Below, piece after piece: positions 1 through 12,359 of a stretch of DNA of 64,000 nt. A model generated the notes under the pieces. That model did not search any database. It was not told the origin of the DNA and saw only the letters and a program-made list of their open reading frames with translations. How positions within the stretch are numbered: position 1 is the stretch's first letter; each line of letters begins with the position of its first letter. The DNA comes from Saccostrea cucullata (taxonomy: Eukaryota): the NCBI RefSeq assembly GCF_032062105.1, contig NW_026937346.1, forward strand, positions 124,001 to 188,000. Reading direction: 5' to 3'. A program made the position numbers and the translations under genes.

Positions 1-2495
1 TTCGTAACTTCTATCAGAAATGTGAACAAACCCAGTTCGGGAGAACTGTTGCAGAAAAGACATAGCAATGTTTTCGGTATTATTAACATTTGGTCTCATT
101 CCAGCTGTAAGTATACAAAACAGTTTTGTTTACTTGAACAGGCCTAGGAAAATAACTACAAACCTTGATTTGATAAGGCCAGGTAAAATTAATCTTTAGA
201 TTCTCATCCTAATTTGCGGGTGGGCGGGTTTTATTTTTTATTTTTTATAATTGTTAAATTGTAATATACAAAACATGGACTATTGTACACATTTTTTCAT
301 TATGTTAATGCCAATATAAATAGATTTTATTTTTTCGTATTCTTTTAAATATTTAAAGAAAATTCTTGCTTAAATAATTAGATATTTATTGTTAATAACA
401 AATTTCTGTACACAAAAACGGCACACGCAACACAAAATGAGGTGGGGTTCTGATCAATAAATTTTGTATGCATGACTTCTCATCGGCCTTTTCCTATATA
501 CCCTTTAGTTTTACCTACAGATCCCTCTGTTTTCTGTATAGATTTACCTTCCTCAAAAATTGGATTGTTCCTGAGATTGACATGTTCGACAATAAAATAG
601 GTCATATTTACAAAATCTATAAAATATTCTAATAAAATATCCTCGAGAAAACCTAGGCCTGAACAGTTTTAAGATTTAACATTTTCTTAGCACTAAAACA
701 AACTGCCTACAATGTTTTATTTTTTTTTTCAAGCAAATCACACACAGCTGGAGATCATTAAAAAGAGGTGTCATTTTCCATGTCTATTTTTTATATGTCT
801 TAAAAAATCTTAAAAACCTTGCTCATGCCAGTGATTATTAACATTTTTTCTCTGCCTTCTCTATACTGACAAGTAATCTTTTCCTTACATATCTAAACTG
901 CTTTTATTACAAATTCTTCATGGCTACTTTGCTATAAATAGCGACACGCGACTTTTAATACAGACGGGAGATAACTCTTAAACTTCACCCAAATTCTTAC
1001 TGAATAAAGATAGTTGAAAATGCCTTTATTTACACCCAAAAATCAAAATAAAAAACAAGACCTTAAAGATTAATTTTATCTGATAATGCAAAATAATTTT
1101 ATTTTCAAGATGAAAAAAAATAATAACGGCAAAAAACTGTTTTTCATGGTTTATGCTATTAACTTTTTTATAATAGGTATTGTCTACGACGACTCACCAT
1201 CCTCATCACACAAGGCCGCATGCGCACCATCTTGTTAACGAAGGCTTTGCTTTTCATTACGATCATACAACGGTATATAAGAAAGAAATCCCTCTCTTTT
1301 AACATCCCGAAATTTGACATATTTCTTTAATTGTGCATTTTTAGGTTCAAAACCTTATTTTTTTGTAATAATTTCGCAGCACATCTTGGCCTTGACAATC
1401 ACTGGCCGCCATCACTGTTATCTCTATGTGTTATCTGCCATTGAACAGCAAAGCGTCCATACAAGTGCTGGTCTCCATGCTATTGAGGTAAATCAAAGTA
1501 CATTCATGTAGCATAGTTTAACAAGCAAATTCTAAGAAATGTGCACCTCCAGTTTTGGTGTCTGAATGGTTAGGATGCTTTTCTTTTTATCCAATTGTAA
1601 CTCTCCTTTCTCTGTACCCTGTTTTGAATTTCAATTATACAAAAAAAGGTTGCAATGTTTGATATAATAAAATTTCAGCGAAGGTTCAAATCTCTTCAAA
1701 CAACATCAATACATAGCATATGTGCAAATTTTTAAATGTTGATGTTATGATAACTTATTGTAATATTTTTTAACAGAAAAATATGATAGACCTTGTGGAT
1801 TCGCATACATCTACTGCAACCTTCAACTTCCATGATCTTAATCAACTCAGCCACAATCTACGTGTGTTTTGTGGGCAGGTCCCGGCAGTCAAACTAAACT
1901 AAATGTGACATTCAACATTTAACAAATGTGATAGTTTTGTCAAATAAAGTCTGCATATTCTTAGTTATCCTCTTGGCTTTATTTGATAGACCTTTACAAA
2001 ATATGAAAACTTAATATTTACAAAAGACAAATGGCATCAAAGCATCAAATCGACACGCAATCAGAGATTCGCCAATTTACTTCACAGGAACTAAGATTAG
2101 AAGAAAAACATTTGTGGCTGATATTAATTTTTCTATTATAAAAGTTTATAAAATATTATCCCTTTAATCTTTTAACGAGGTTTAGAATTTTTAACAAAAC
2201 ATATCATCAAACTAATTATTCTACTTTGAAATTCTCCATTCAATAGACAACAAAAAGAAAACTGGATCAAGAAACTATAGGCAACAAAAACAATGTAGGA
2301 AATCTCCAAAGCCCGCACATTGCAACTTGGAATGAGATGAGACTTGTTTACAATATACCTAGACGTAGAGGTATCATGCATGAACATCATTCATACAATA
2401 GATCATACAATAGACCAAATATATATAATTTCTGTTTTAATTTTCTCACTTTTCCTTATGCAAGTTAAAATGAAACCCATGGAGATACAATGTAA

Positions 2496-2563
2496 CATCT
2501 TCGCTAGTTTTCCGATCCGAATAGAGTAAATTTCGGATCGGAAACCCTTGGCTAGCAAAGATG
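2496..2563. mobile_element. Second copy of the CATCTTCGCTAG mini-transposon family (hairpin, left arm partly deleted)
   Basis: CATCTTCGCTAG...TTTCCGATCCGAA-loop-TTCGGATCGGAAACCCTTGGCTAGCAAAGATG. Confidence 0.8.
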
Positions 2564-2949
2564 TGAAGATAACAAATAGTATTCAAGCTCATAAGTCCAT
2601 TACATAATAATAAAATTTGAGCAGAGCAAACATGGACCTCTAAAAAATCAAAGCTGGGTTCAGGTGCCATTGAAGAGTGAGCATCTTCTGCTGACCGGAC
2701 ACACCACCCGTGTGCTTCTTGTCATGATCGGGAAATAGCGGAGAAATCCGTCGACAATTCAGTGTGTATGTAATGGCCTAATAATTAGTAAAAAAAATGC
2801 AGTCATCTTTTGACTGAATGATAAATTATATTTGCTGACAAGTTCATAGAACATTATGAAATGATGACTTTAAACGAAACCGCTGATAAAATTGTGTCAC
2901 CAATTTGTTTGTCAATATTTCACTTCGTTTAAGATATTGTTCATACGTA

Positions 2950-3033
2950 CATCTTCGCTGGCCAAGGGTTTCTGATACGCTACTCTCCTCATGAGGAGAG
3001 TAGCGTATCAGAAACCCTTGGCTAGCGAAGATG
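2950..3033. mobile_element. 84-bp palindromic mini-transposon with 9-bp TSD (AcademH- or Mutator-type non-autonomous element)
   Basis: CATCTTCGCTGGCCAAGGGTTTCTGATACGCTACTCTCCTCA|TGAGGAGAGTAGCGTATCAGAAACCCTTGGCTAGCGAAGATG (one mismatch). Flanked by TCATACGTA at 2941-2949 and 3034-3042. Empty site seen in the paralogous copy at ~14133. Confidence 0.9.
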
Positions 3034-3287
3034 TCATACGTAGAGCAAAGTAGTACTCTTGCATAATTAATCAACTGAGAGATATAAAACCCGAATGAAA
3101 GTGATGAAGGTATATTGCTACATATGCAGGGAAAATTGACGATTGAAACGTTTACCATAAAGCTTGGTAGTAAAATTTCCATTTATGTCTTTTTCAAGTT
3201 AAATATCTAAATATGAAACAAATGTGTCAGACTTTGTGGTATCTTTCATTTCAAGATCATAGCGATATATCGTATCGACACACATGT

Positions 3288-3838
3288 TAGTCCGAAAAAT
3301 CTGACGTTTTTCTGGCTTTTTTACGATTTTGATATTTTACATGCCAGGAAAACGTCAGAACCGGCGCCATTACGAAAACCGGGAATTTCACCGTCTTCGA
3401 AGTTTATTTTCTATACTTGGGAACCGAATTAGATGCCGAAATCACAATTTATCAATGGCACAATGCTCCTAGAACTCACCAATATCGATGAATAGAAATT
3501 ACCACTCCACATTCCGATTCAGAACTTGCACGATTTTAAAATGCACGAAATGAAACAAATCTCAACAGTCAGATAAAATGTGTTCATCGGATTATATTAT
3601 TTCATAAACAGTACATAAAAACGATGTTAGTGAGTACTAAAGGTGTAGTACTATTGATAAAATGTGAATTCAGCATTTAATTCGGTTTACAAGTATCGAA
3701 AATCAACCTCTAAATGCCGCCTCCGGTTGGAGGCGGCGATTTCCTAGTTTTCGTAATGGCGCCGGTTCTGACGTTTTCCTGGCATGTAAAATATCAAAAT
3801 CGTAAAAAAGCCAGAAAAACGTCAGATTTTTCGGACTA
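3288..3838. mobile_element. 551-bp MITE with ~92-bp perfect TIRs (5'-TAGTCCGAAAAATCTGAC) and 9-bp TSD
   Basis: 3288-3379 is the reverse complement of ~3747-3838. CACACATGT is duplicated at 3279-3287 and 3839-3847. TAG...CTA termini with a 9-bp TSD fit AcademH or Mutator. Confidence 0.92.
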
Positions 3839-6800
3839 CACACATGTAGGAATGGAAATAACCATTGCTAATTGAAAGTACGTCGTCGGTATAATATCTA
3901 AATATCGAGTTGAAGACCTCAGCAAGTGTTTTCATCTTTTCTCGTATGAATTTTTGGACAAAGGACAAGTGCACATAAGCAATGCTTAATGGGCCCTTTT
4001 TATGTGCCATTTTACTTTGGAATATATAACCAAATCGTTCTCTTTCGGAAATAGTAATATACTAGTGTATATTTCTAATTAAAAAGCACGATAATCACCC
4101 CCATAATCGACAGGGATTTGAGACAATTTACTCTTCTTAAATGCCTATATGGACACCCTAAAAATCCGGAAAAGTCGAACCGAACCTTCTTTTAGTTTCG
4201 TTTATGTAAATCAAGGCGAAGAGATCTTGAACAATCTGATGGTGGATCATAGTCGGGCGCGTTTGTGGAATGTAACTTTATTGTGCTTTATCTGTTTTAA
4301 AAAAAATGAAAGAAGTTCTGTAGTTGCCTGTAGCCATAATAATCAAACTAAGAAATCGGTACTAGTACTCTTGCATTTGAAAAAATATATACCATAAATT
4401 GAATTTGAAATCTAAAGGGAGTGTTTAGGTGGCTTTCAATACCTGTTTCATTGTCTTGCATAAATGTTAAAAATGTCTGACACTTTTATGAGTTGTGCTA
4501 AACTCTCTTTACCCTACCGTAATCTTAAATATAGATACATAGAAATATTTTTAGGCGGCACAACTTTGACAAAATGATAAAAAAAAACCTGCCGATGTTT
4601 TACAGTGAGCACCTTTGAGGAATGTTTACCTTGGTAGAACTCACGTGACTATCAGTATTTTAAATAATTTATTCCACAAGTGGGTTCAACATGGGTCATA
4701 CAGGTAAATACCTCTCACTTGCTATAGGAAAAACATTGTACTTTTTGTAAATTTTTAATTTTTTAACTACCGGCCTAATCGTGTACAAATTTCCTACTTT
4801 CACACCAGTTTTATAAATGTATTATGCGTCTTTTGTCATTCGCACAAGTTTGTACAAAGTTAGGCTCATAGTAAACAAAGGCTTTGAAATGACTGACCGT
4901 TCTCGATTTACTATAGAAAATCACAAATGTCGGTTGACCCCTGCCGCATTCTATGGTTTTGTTCTTTGTAAATACTTGAATTTCAGCGGTAAAATTTGTT
5001 GAATCTTATGGTTTAGATATCAATTAATGATTTGGGAAGAAAAATTTTGCTTAGTTTGAATGTTTATTTTTTCACATTTTACCGGGGCCCATAAGTGCAC
5101 TCGTTCTTTGCTTCATATGGATACAAAAATTGGTCAGCATATATAACGAGGCGCGAGTTGTATCCATGCGAATTCCAACAGATTATGGTGGGGCATGGTC
5201 TCCAAAAACCACATAGAGAGTGTTAATAAGAAATTCAAGAATCTTTAAATACATATATAAACTTCAGAGTACTTGTGTGTACAATCAGAACGTTTTTTAA
5301 CTAGAAAAAAATGATTTTGCAAAAGACTAATGACAAGACAAGTAAGTTTTCGAGTTCCATTAGGTTGATATTTTACTTTCATCAAAATTGTAAGTCGAAA
5401 ATGAAATTAACATCAAATAAATGATTTAACGTCATGTAAAATTACGTCATTTTGATGTTGCTGAAATTGACACCAACACCGTGCGCAACGGATTTCTTAT
5501 TTTCAAAAGAATAAAACAAAAAAAAAAAGTCAGTAGTAATTATATATCTGCTGTACAAACCCACATAACCTAAAGTTGTGCTATTTGACGGCCTACAAGT
5601 TTCTATTGGACCTTCACATAGGTCGTACAAGAATGTTCTTATTAGACTGGTATTGCATGTCTTTACCGTACGCAGGAATATCGGATATCAGACAGGCAAG
5701 CCAGTCTATGTTCTTAATTAAAATGTTATAATCCGGAAATAAAAAGGACCTCGAAATAGTTTTCCTTGTTATATTCGATAGTTAGGTTTCCTGTTTGATA
5801 AAAAAGTAAACAAACCGTGTAACGTGTTTGTGTATATTGAAGAATGCCACAGTGTAGCAGCGGCTGTATATCTGGTACATGTAGCTGTGATTTATCAGGT
5901 TTGTTTTTTGCAGATTTTCTCAAACCTTTCAAGTGATAAAGATTAATTTGCTGTTCATACTTTTCAGTCGGTGATACAGTTATTAAACCACGTGTCTGCA
6001 TGTACCTTGTACAGATGTTAAATCATCAGCTGATCATGTATAATTCAACAGCTGTTGAATGATTTATTTTGTATCATTCAAATGACCAAACACACTATGT
6101 CTCATTTTACATGTAGGGGTATAAAAACATTATTTTGTAAAGTAATTTTTATTGGTGGAGTATTAAGGTGACTTAATCATTGTTAGATGTAATAGTTGGG
6201 ACCTATATAATTGTTCCTGTTTCAATGTTAAGATCCAAAAATAGCCTTACAGTACTAGTGCATAGGCTAGGACACAACGTTAACGTAATCGAGGGTTCGC
6301 TCTGTAAAATAGGTTAGTGCTTAATGCTGAACTGCACAGACAATCTGCATGATTGTATATTCCATGACACTTGCACGTGTTTACTTTTTTGTACAATTAT
6401 GTTGGCTACAAAGCTCTTTAAGAGAGGATAATTTTTATTTACACAATACTTACACTTAAAACTATGATACATTTTAATGTAAACCTTCGGAAAATTTTTT
6501 ATGATTATTTCTGTCTTATTGATTTTCATTCATGCGTAAGCTCAGGGGATTATAGTTGTGCAAATTAAAGTATTCTTTATCTCAAGGACTGCATGGAAGA
6601 TAACATCGATTGTTGAGAAATTTAATGATACATGTAAAACATCTTGAGATCATATACTAGCCTAGATCTCTTTGAATCGTTCTATACTAGGTTTAAAACT
6701 TTTTAGCTTTACGATGTTTCTGACTGGATTTGTTTTAGCTAGCGATTTAGTCAACCCAGTCTTGCTTTTGTGATAGTAGAACACCTTTGTCAATCGAGAT

Positions 6801-7314
6801 CAAAATAATCGCCTTATATTAGATTTAAGTTAAATCGACACATATTTCCACTCTGGCGTAAACATGGTAAATGATTTCTGAATATTTATTCTAAATTAAA
6901 TACCCTGCCATTTGTTGCCTAAACAGGTGTTCTACAAATATTTTATTAATTACGACGTCGAATTAATTCACACAGATATTATCATATGAGGTGAAGTGTA
7001 AATAACGGTACATGTACGATGTAACATGCGGTCATTTAAAAGTGTGTCAATTTGGATCCAGCAATAGCTTTATGTGAATGTTTACAACACAGGTACGTTC
7101 TTTTTTTGAGAGAGATTACATGTGTATAGATGCATTATAGGGGTCATGAAATTAATGTACCCTTTTTAATCACCGCTACCAAGCATTCTAAAACCTGACA
7201 AACAATAGCGTTGGGGTTGGAGCTCCTTAACCTCTCATTCTCATTGACACGCTTATTTCGAATGTATAAAAGCTCTGTACTCATATACACACAGCCACAC
7301 AAAAAATTGTTAAA

Positions 7315-7496
7315 TGTGTATATTTTGGACACAAGGTGGGAGAGACCAACTCTAATCCACCAGTGTAGCTAGCCGGGGCAAACAGTTTGGGGTCAGGATA
7401 GGGGCCCATCACATCAAAATAACGATTTATAAATCATGTATATTTTGGACACAAAAAGGGGACGAGTCCCCTGTGGCCTCTCTAAATCCGCCAGTG
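7315..7496 (+). repeat. Two degenerate direct repeats (120-bp offset), each ending like a hAT-type MITE terminus (CTAAATCCGCCAGTG), upstream of GST
   Basis: TGTATATTTTGGACACAA occurs twice, followed by CTAATCCACCAGTG and CTAAATCCGCCAGTG. Confidence 0.55.
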
Positions 7497-7756
7497 ATAA
7501 TCCCACAAACGTCTTTGATGTACAATTTCATGCAGCATTTCCATCCTTCATAAGTCTTGTTTAACTTGCCCTTTAAAATATCGTTACACAGGTCCACATG
7601 AATGATTTATGAATGTGCAATGTACTTTACCAGATTTATTTAGCATTCTTTCCGCATAAATTCCTATGTCGTTCCTTTTTCAGACGAATATTGGATTTAG
7701 ACGGTGATATTATTTAGATGATATAGCGCTGCGAGCTGACCGGAAATTTGGTAAAA

Positions 7757-7834
7757 ATGGCGCATCTGGTGTATTTCAACGGGCGTGGACGCGGGGAATT
7801 GATCCGCCTGATGCTAGCAGCTGCAGAAATCACG
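7757..7834 (+). CDS. GSTA: GST coding exon 1
   Basis: ATG at 7757 (AAAAATGG context), MAHLVYFNGRGRGELIRLMLAAAEIT, donor GTATGT. Confidence 0.93.
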
Positions 7835-10299
7835 GTATGTGTTTGTATATTGTCATTATAAAGCTTTGACATAGAGATAGAGAGGGATGTAATTTTGCAA
7901 AAAGACAAATCTGTTGCTTGAAATACATGTTCTGTGAAGTCAAACATGTATAATTTATCTCATGGTATGTTTTGTGAACCTTATATGGAAAAGTCGTAAT
8001 AATTAATTTAGATTGTAAACGCTGTTTTGTAATTATTTTCGGAAAGTGCTTTTCAATGACTTTGAATTTTGTTATTCAATCATATTTTTGAATGAAACGC
8101 TAAATGTCTTAAAATTATGTACTCATGAATGAATATGATCATTTTGCGACAAGCATTATATCAAACGCAGATTTGTCTGTTAAAATCGCATAAAAATATT
8201 CTGTATTTAACGATAACTTTGTAATTATGTCTTGTTATTAGTTTACAGAGAGTTTTTTGACCCAAAGAGAGGAATTCACGAAATTAATTCAAGGTAAATA
8301 TACTTAAGTCTAACATTTTTGTCTTTTTAATACGTATCCTTCGTAAATGTGTGCTATAGTGACATGTTATTTTTACTGACAATTAAACCGGTGCAAATGC
8401 TACCAAGTCATGAAAGCGTGACTTCAAATTTGCGTGGGATGAAAACCTCCCAAAACTACATACTTAATATATTGAAGTAAACTTTTTTTTTTGATCAAAT
8501 TTAATTTTAAAAATAAATCTTTGCACAGTGTATTTTAAGCCCCAAATATTTAGTCTGCAAATTCAAGCAAACAAATTTTAGAAGCAGGTTTTAGAAATCT
8601 AAGCGAAGCACAATATATCCATGAATTTTGAATATTCAAATGTTTACATTATTTTATAGATGGTTCTTTGCCATTTAAACAAGTCCCACTTCTTAAGATT
8701 GATGATATGGAATTAGTGCAAACAAACGCTATCGTCCATTATGTGGCGCGAAAAGGTCATCTGTATGGAGCAGACGATAAGGAGGCAGCAATGTAATAAA
8801 GATTTTTATTTAATTTCTTTCATGCATTTTTATTATTTTTTTTATTCATGTCCCTTGAAAATATGTTAAATTTCAAATAAAAATATTTTTTTAAATTTAC
8901 ATCTTCGCTAGCCAAGGGTGACGATCCGCTTCTCTCCCCTTTTCAAAAGAAAAAAAATAAAAAAAAAAAAATGTGAAAATTTAGCTAGCGAAGATGTTTT
9001 ATTTATAACAATTTGAATATATATATTTTTTGGTACATAATATTGATTATGTTGTGAAATAACATGCTTGAAATTATTTGTTTACAGAATCGACATGTAT
9101 TACGAAGCATCACGTGACTTTTTTATGGTGTTTTTACCGGTGAATTTCTTGAAAACGGAAGAACAGGCCATAACAGACGCAAAGAATGCAGGAGATGACA
9201 AATATTTCCCTGCCCTTGAAAAGGTATTAAAAAAGAGGATTTTATAAATATGATTTTAAGAAAAAATAAATCGTGAGAAATATGTAATACAAAGTTGATT
9301 TTATAGAAAGAAAATTAAAGACACTCAGATATTAAGTGCATTTGTGTCATAAAAAAACTAACGACTACGTACATTCACCCCTACAGATTCCATAAAAGAT
9401 TATATCTTCAATCTTCTATTATTTAGATTTAATATTCAACTTGATTTGTTAAATTTCTAATAATTTTATTCTCCGTGCCGGATCTTGCAACATGGTGTTA
9501 ATAGGATTTATGGCTTGATTATTTAACTTTGTGTAAAAATTCCAAGTACAGATGTACCTTGCATACACCAAAGCCCACTATCTCTTGATGAGTGAAGTTC
9601 GCAGATTTGATTACTGCCTAGCCTTTTAAGAAATGAATATGTATTATATGTATATCAGATTGTTGGAATATCCTATGATGAAAATAAACGTAGAAAATAA
9701 TTGTAGGACATTTATAATAATAAATGTCATACCTGAAATATAACGTTATCTGCAGGACAATCCGAAGTTTAAAACAAAATGAATTAATGTGAGACTATTT
9801 GTAACAGAGACTGACAGAGAATGGTACAGGGTTTTTAGTCGGGAAGTCCTTGACGATGGCGGATGTAGGATTTCTAGAGGTGTTATTGTTGTGTGTGGAA
9901 TATGGGGGAGTAAACTTCTTAGATAACTATAGCGAAGTCAAGGTAAGCATTTTAACGAGTTCTCTACCTTTATACCTCTTCAGGTAGATAAATGCAATAT
10001 TATCTGTCAATTTCCTAGCACTTGTTTACAAATATAAGACTTTTAGTGAAAAAAGCAAAAGCTAAGTAATGGATAAGCATAGTAGTAATCACCCCATTTC
10101 TAAACAAAAAAAGTGCATACATTCAATAATTACATGAATATAAAAGCGATCAATATATTTTTTTCATATTTTGTAGAAATACTACAACCGATTGATTTCT
10201 ATACCTGCAATAGCTAATTTTCTAAATGGTCCACTTCGGAAGAGAAAGAACGATGAACAATATGTAACAGAAGTTAAACGAGTTCTTAATCGAAAATAG
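7757..10299 (+). CDS. GSTA: Glutathione S-transferase, alpha-class-like; 6 coding exons, 218 aa
   Basis: join(7757-7834,8242-8293,8660-8792,9088-9223,9808-9942,10177-10299)=657 nt. All introns GT-AG, frame intact. Protein: MAHLVYFNGRGRGELIRLMLAAAEIT/FTESFLTQREEFTKLIQ/DGSLPFKQVPLLKIDDMELVQTNAIVHYVARKGHLYGADDKEAAI/IDMYYEASRDF...KYFPALEK/RLTENGTGFLVGKSLTMADV.../KYYNRLISIPAIANFLNGPLRKRKNDEQYVTEVKRVLNRK*. Catalytic Tyr plus RGR, QVP cis-Pro motif and FLVG..LT.AD N-cap match GSTA. Confidence 0.95.
8242..8293 (+). CDS. GSTA: GST coding exon 2 (52 nt)
   Basis: ttattag|TTTACA...CAAG|gtaaat; FTESFLTQREEFTKLIQ. Confidence 0.88.
8660..8792 (+). CDS. GSTA: GST coding exon 3 (133 nt)
   Basis: ttatag|AT...AT|gtaata; GSLPFKQVPLLKIDDMELVQTNAIVHYVARK. 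Confidence 0.93.
8900..8996. mobile_element. Third copy of the CATCTTCGCTAG mini-transposon, in GST intron 3
   Basis: TIRs CATCTTCGCTAGC...GCTAGCGAAGATG; flanks TTAAATTTA/TTTTATTTA (7/9, decayed 9-bp TSD). Confidence 0.8.
9088..9223 (+). CDS. GSTA: GST coding exon 4
   Basis: tttacag|A...AAG|gtatta; IDMYYEASRDFF...KYFPALEK. Confidence 0.92.
9808..9942 (+). CDS. GSTA: GST coding exon 5
   Basis: gtaacag|AGA...AAG|gtaagc; NGTGFLVGKSLTMADVGFLEVLL. Confidence 0.92.
10177..10299 (+). CDS. GSTA: GST coding exon 6 (stop)
   Basis: tttgtag|AAA...TAG; KYYNRLISIPAIANFL...VLNRK*. Confidence 0.92.
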   Translation, partial: KYYNRLISIPAIANFLNGPLRKRKNDEQYVTEVKRVLNRK

Positions 10300-10959
10300 T
10301 GTCATGTACTGGTAATATATTGTTAATTTATTAAATATTTTTAATGAACTGATATATTTATGCTTGAATGTCTGTGATGTTTTGTTGGGTTTTAACTGGA
10401 TTTTTAGAAAATTCTGACATTAGGTATGTATTGATGATACTAAACGTTTGAGGGAAGACGGGAGTCTTTAATGATAATACTAAATGTAAGAGGATTTAGA
10501 TACAAAAAGTATTATATGGAAATATATGACTATTTGTAAATCATTATTAATTGCTTTGGTTTTTTTTTTAAATTTTAGAAGAAAGTCTTTTTCATTGTGA
10601 AACTTGAATATTTAAAATTAAAAACATATTAATCGAAATTCGTCAGATATTAAAAAATATGCAGTGATCTAATTAATTTTATCTTTTATGAATTGTTTTA
10701 TGTGCTATTCATTACACTTCTTATTGTTAATTAACTTTTAATCGATGGCAATTTTAAAAGTTAGTTTTTAAAATAAGAATTAGGTACTGTACAACTTTGT
10801 TTTAAAAACCTTTAAATTCATACATTTTGTACATGTGCATTATCAATGATCATGTATCTGCGAAAATTTTATAAAATAAAGCGTGTCATCTTTGCTTATG
10901 AAGTTTTTGATGATTTTCTTCATCTTATGATACTTTTTGTAATGAAACTGTAAAATTTT

Positions 10960-11096
10960 CACCGTATAAACCGAGGTCCCGTGTCGCGATGCTTGCACGA
11001 AGAAGATGCCTCCCTGCTCAATGGCCCTGAGTGCCATGTGAATATTCTCCACCGGCAAGTGATGGGATAAACAATATACATTCAATCAGTCAATCA
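10960..11096 (+). mobile_element. 5'-truncated SINE (core TAAACCGAGGTCCC, CAAT-type tail), flanked by a ~37-bp direct repeat
   Basis: Homologous to 58575-58880. CATCTTATGATA(C/T)TTTTGTAATGAAACTGTAAAATT at 10921 and ~11095. Confidence 0.7.
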
Positions 11097-11250
11097 TCTT
11101 ATGATATTTTTGTAATGAAACTGTAAAATTTCCATCGAGATATTCTCGTATCTACATGTTGAATTTGAACGAGGTGTAAGGATCCTGGGTTAAGTGCAAG
11201 TTGTTATTGAATATTCAGTGAAAATGATTCACATTGTGTTTTCAAGTACT

Positions 11251-12310
11251 ATTGTTATACCTCAAGCCTGAAAAGCAGGGATTATATAGTGACAGGGGTG
11301 CATGTCCGTCCGTTATGCTTTGGGAGACCAATCTTATCCACAAGTCCTCTCATACCACTCAATGAAATTTAATGAAACTTTCACATAATGTTTGTTGCAT
11401 TATGCCATTGTTCGATTTCATCCATTTTATTTTTTATTGGACACATATTTCGGGCTTCCTGTGGTAAAACATGAATTCATTCATTCTTTCTATAACATTG
11501 AAGGGTACCCATCTTTTTCCCAACCCTTATCAATACTTCTCCTATATCACTGAATGAAATTTTAATATAAGGATGCTTTCAAAGATTCTTTAATACAAAG
11601 TCCATTGTGTGCCTTCTATTTTACTTTTTTATCCGACACTTTTCGGGCCTCTAGAAGAAATACTGTGAAATCACTTATCTTCGTGGTGGTTTAATTTTGT
11701 TGTTGATGAAATCTTATTCCAACAAAACAATGTTTGTTTTTAGCTAAAATTTGAAAATCTGACCACACGAGAAAATGTGATTTTACAGTACATTTCTTTG
11801 TTACTCTTATCTTTTGGGAGGTGGGATATCATTTTTGAGGATAGTGCTTACAAAACTTCTAGTACTGTAAGAGCTCTCGCTCGAAAAGTGAGAGGGTATA
11901 TATAGAGATCGAGATATCCATCGGTTTGTTAAGCTTTGAACTATCCATCTACTATCCGCAACTCCTCTTTTACCAATGAATGATTTAATGAGACTTTCAC
12001 AGAATCTTTCTTGCAGAGTTCCATTGTACACCTCCAATATTAAATTTTAATCAAACACTTATTTCGTGTTTCACAGAGAAAAAAAAACATGGAAACAGCC
12101 ATTCTTTCTATAATATTAAGGGAAACCCATCTTTTCTCCACAACTCCTCCTTAAGCACAGAATAAAATTTAATGATTCTCTCACAGACAGATTCTGTATT
12201 ACTAATACATAATGCCATTGTGTACCTCATTTTACTTTTTGATCTATCCCTTATTTTATAATCTCCAAGATGAAATCCACCACTTGTCGGTGGAGAGGTG
12301 CACTATATCG
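11251..12310 (+). mobile_element. Old Helentron/HINE-like element with decayed internal tandem repeats
   Basis: TTATACC start, GTCCGTCCGT microsatellite seed, four diverged CC.CAACTCCTC...TGAA.TTTAATGA.ACTTTCAC units. Boundaries approximate. Confidence 0.5.
11661..11790. mobile_element. TA-flanked MITE (TA-CTGT...ACAG-TA)
   Basis: TACTGTGAAATCAC...GTGATTTTACAGTA inverted termini. Confidence 0.7.
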
Positions 12311-12359
12311 ACCACAGAACTGCAAAAGTTACCTTCATCGAGACTGTTGAATTATTGTT

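Larger units (their letters stand above)
2478..3990 (-). mobile_element. Degenerate Penelope-like retroelement (RT C-terminus plus 3' tail), interrupted by three DNA-transposon insertions
   Basis: Minus-strand fragments FNSIFRYYTDDVLSI (YxDD motif), LEMKDTT, SIVNFPCICSNIPSS..FG.YISQLI.YAR, CSTY..EQYLKR..ILTNKL; tail homologous to the other copies. Boundaries approximate. Confidence 0.8.

Noticed and set aside
1370-1620. Possible decayed hAT transposase C-terminus on the minus strand
   Set aside because: Only vague similarity (SYNWIKRK) with stops; not supportable without a search.
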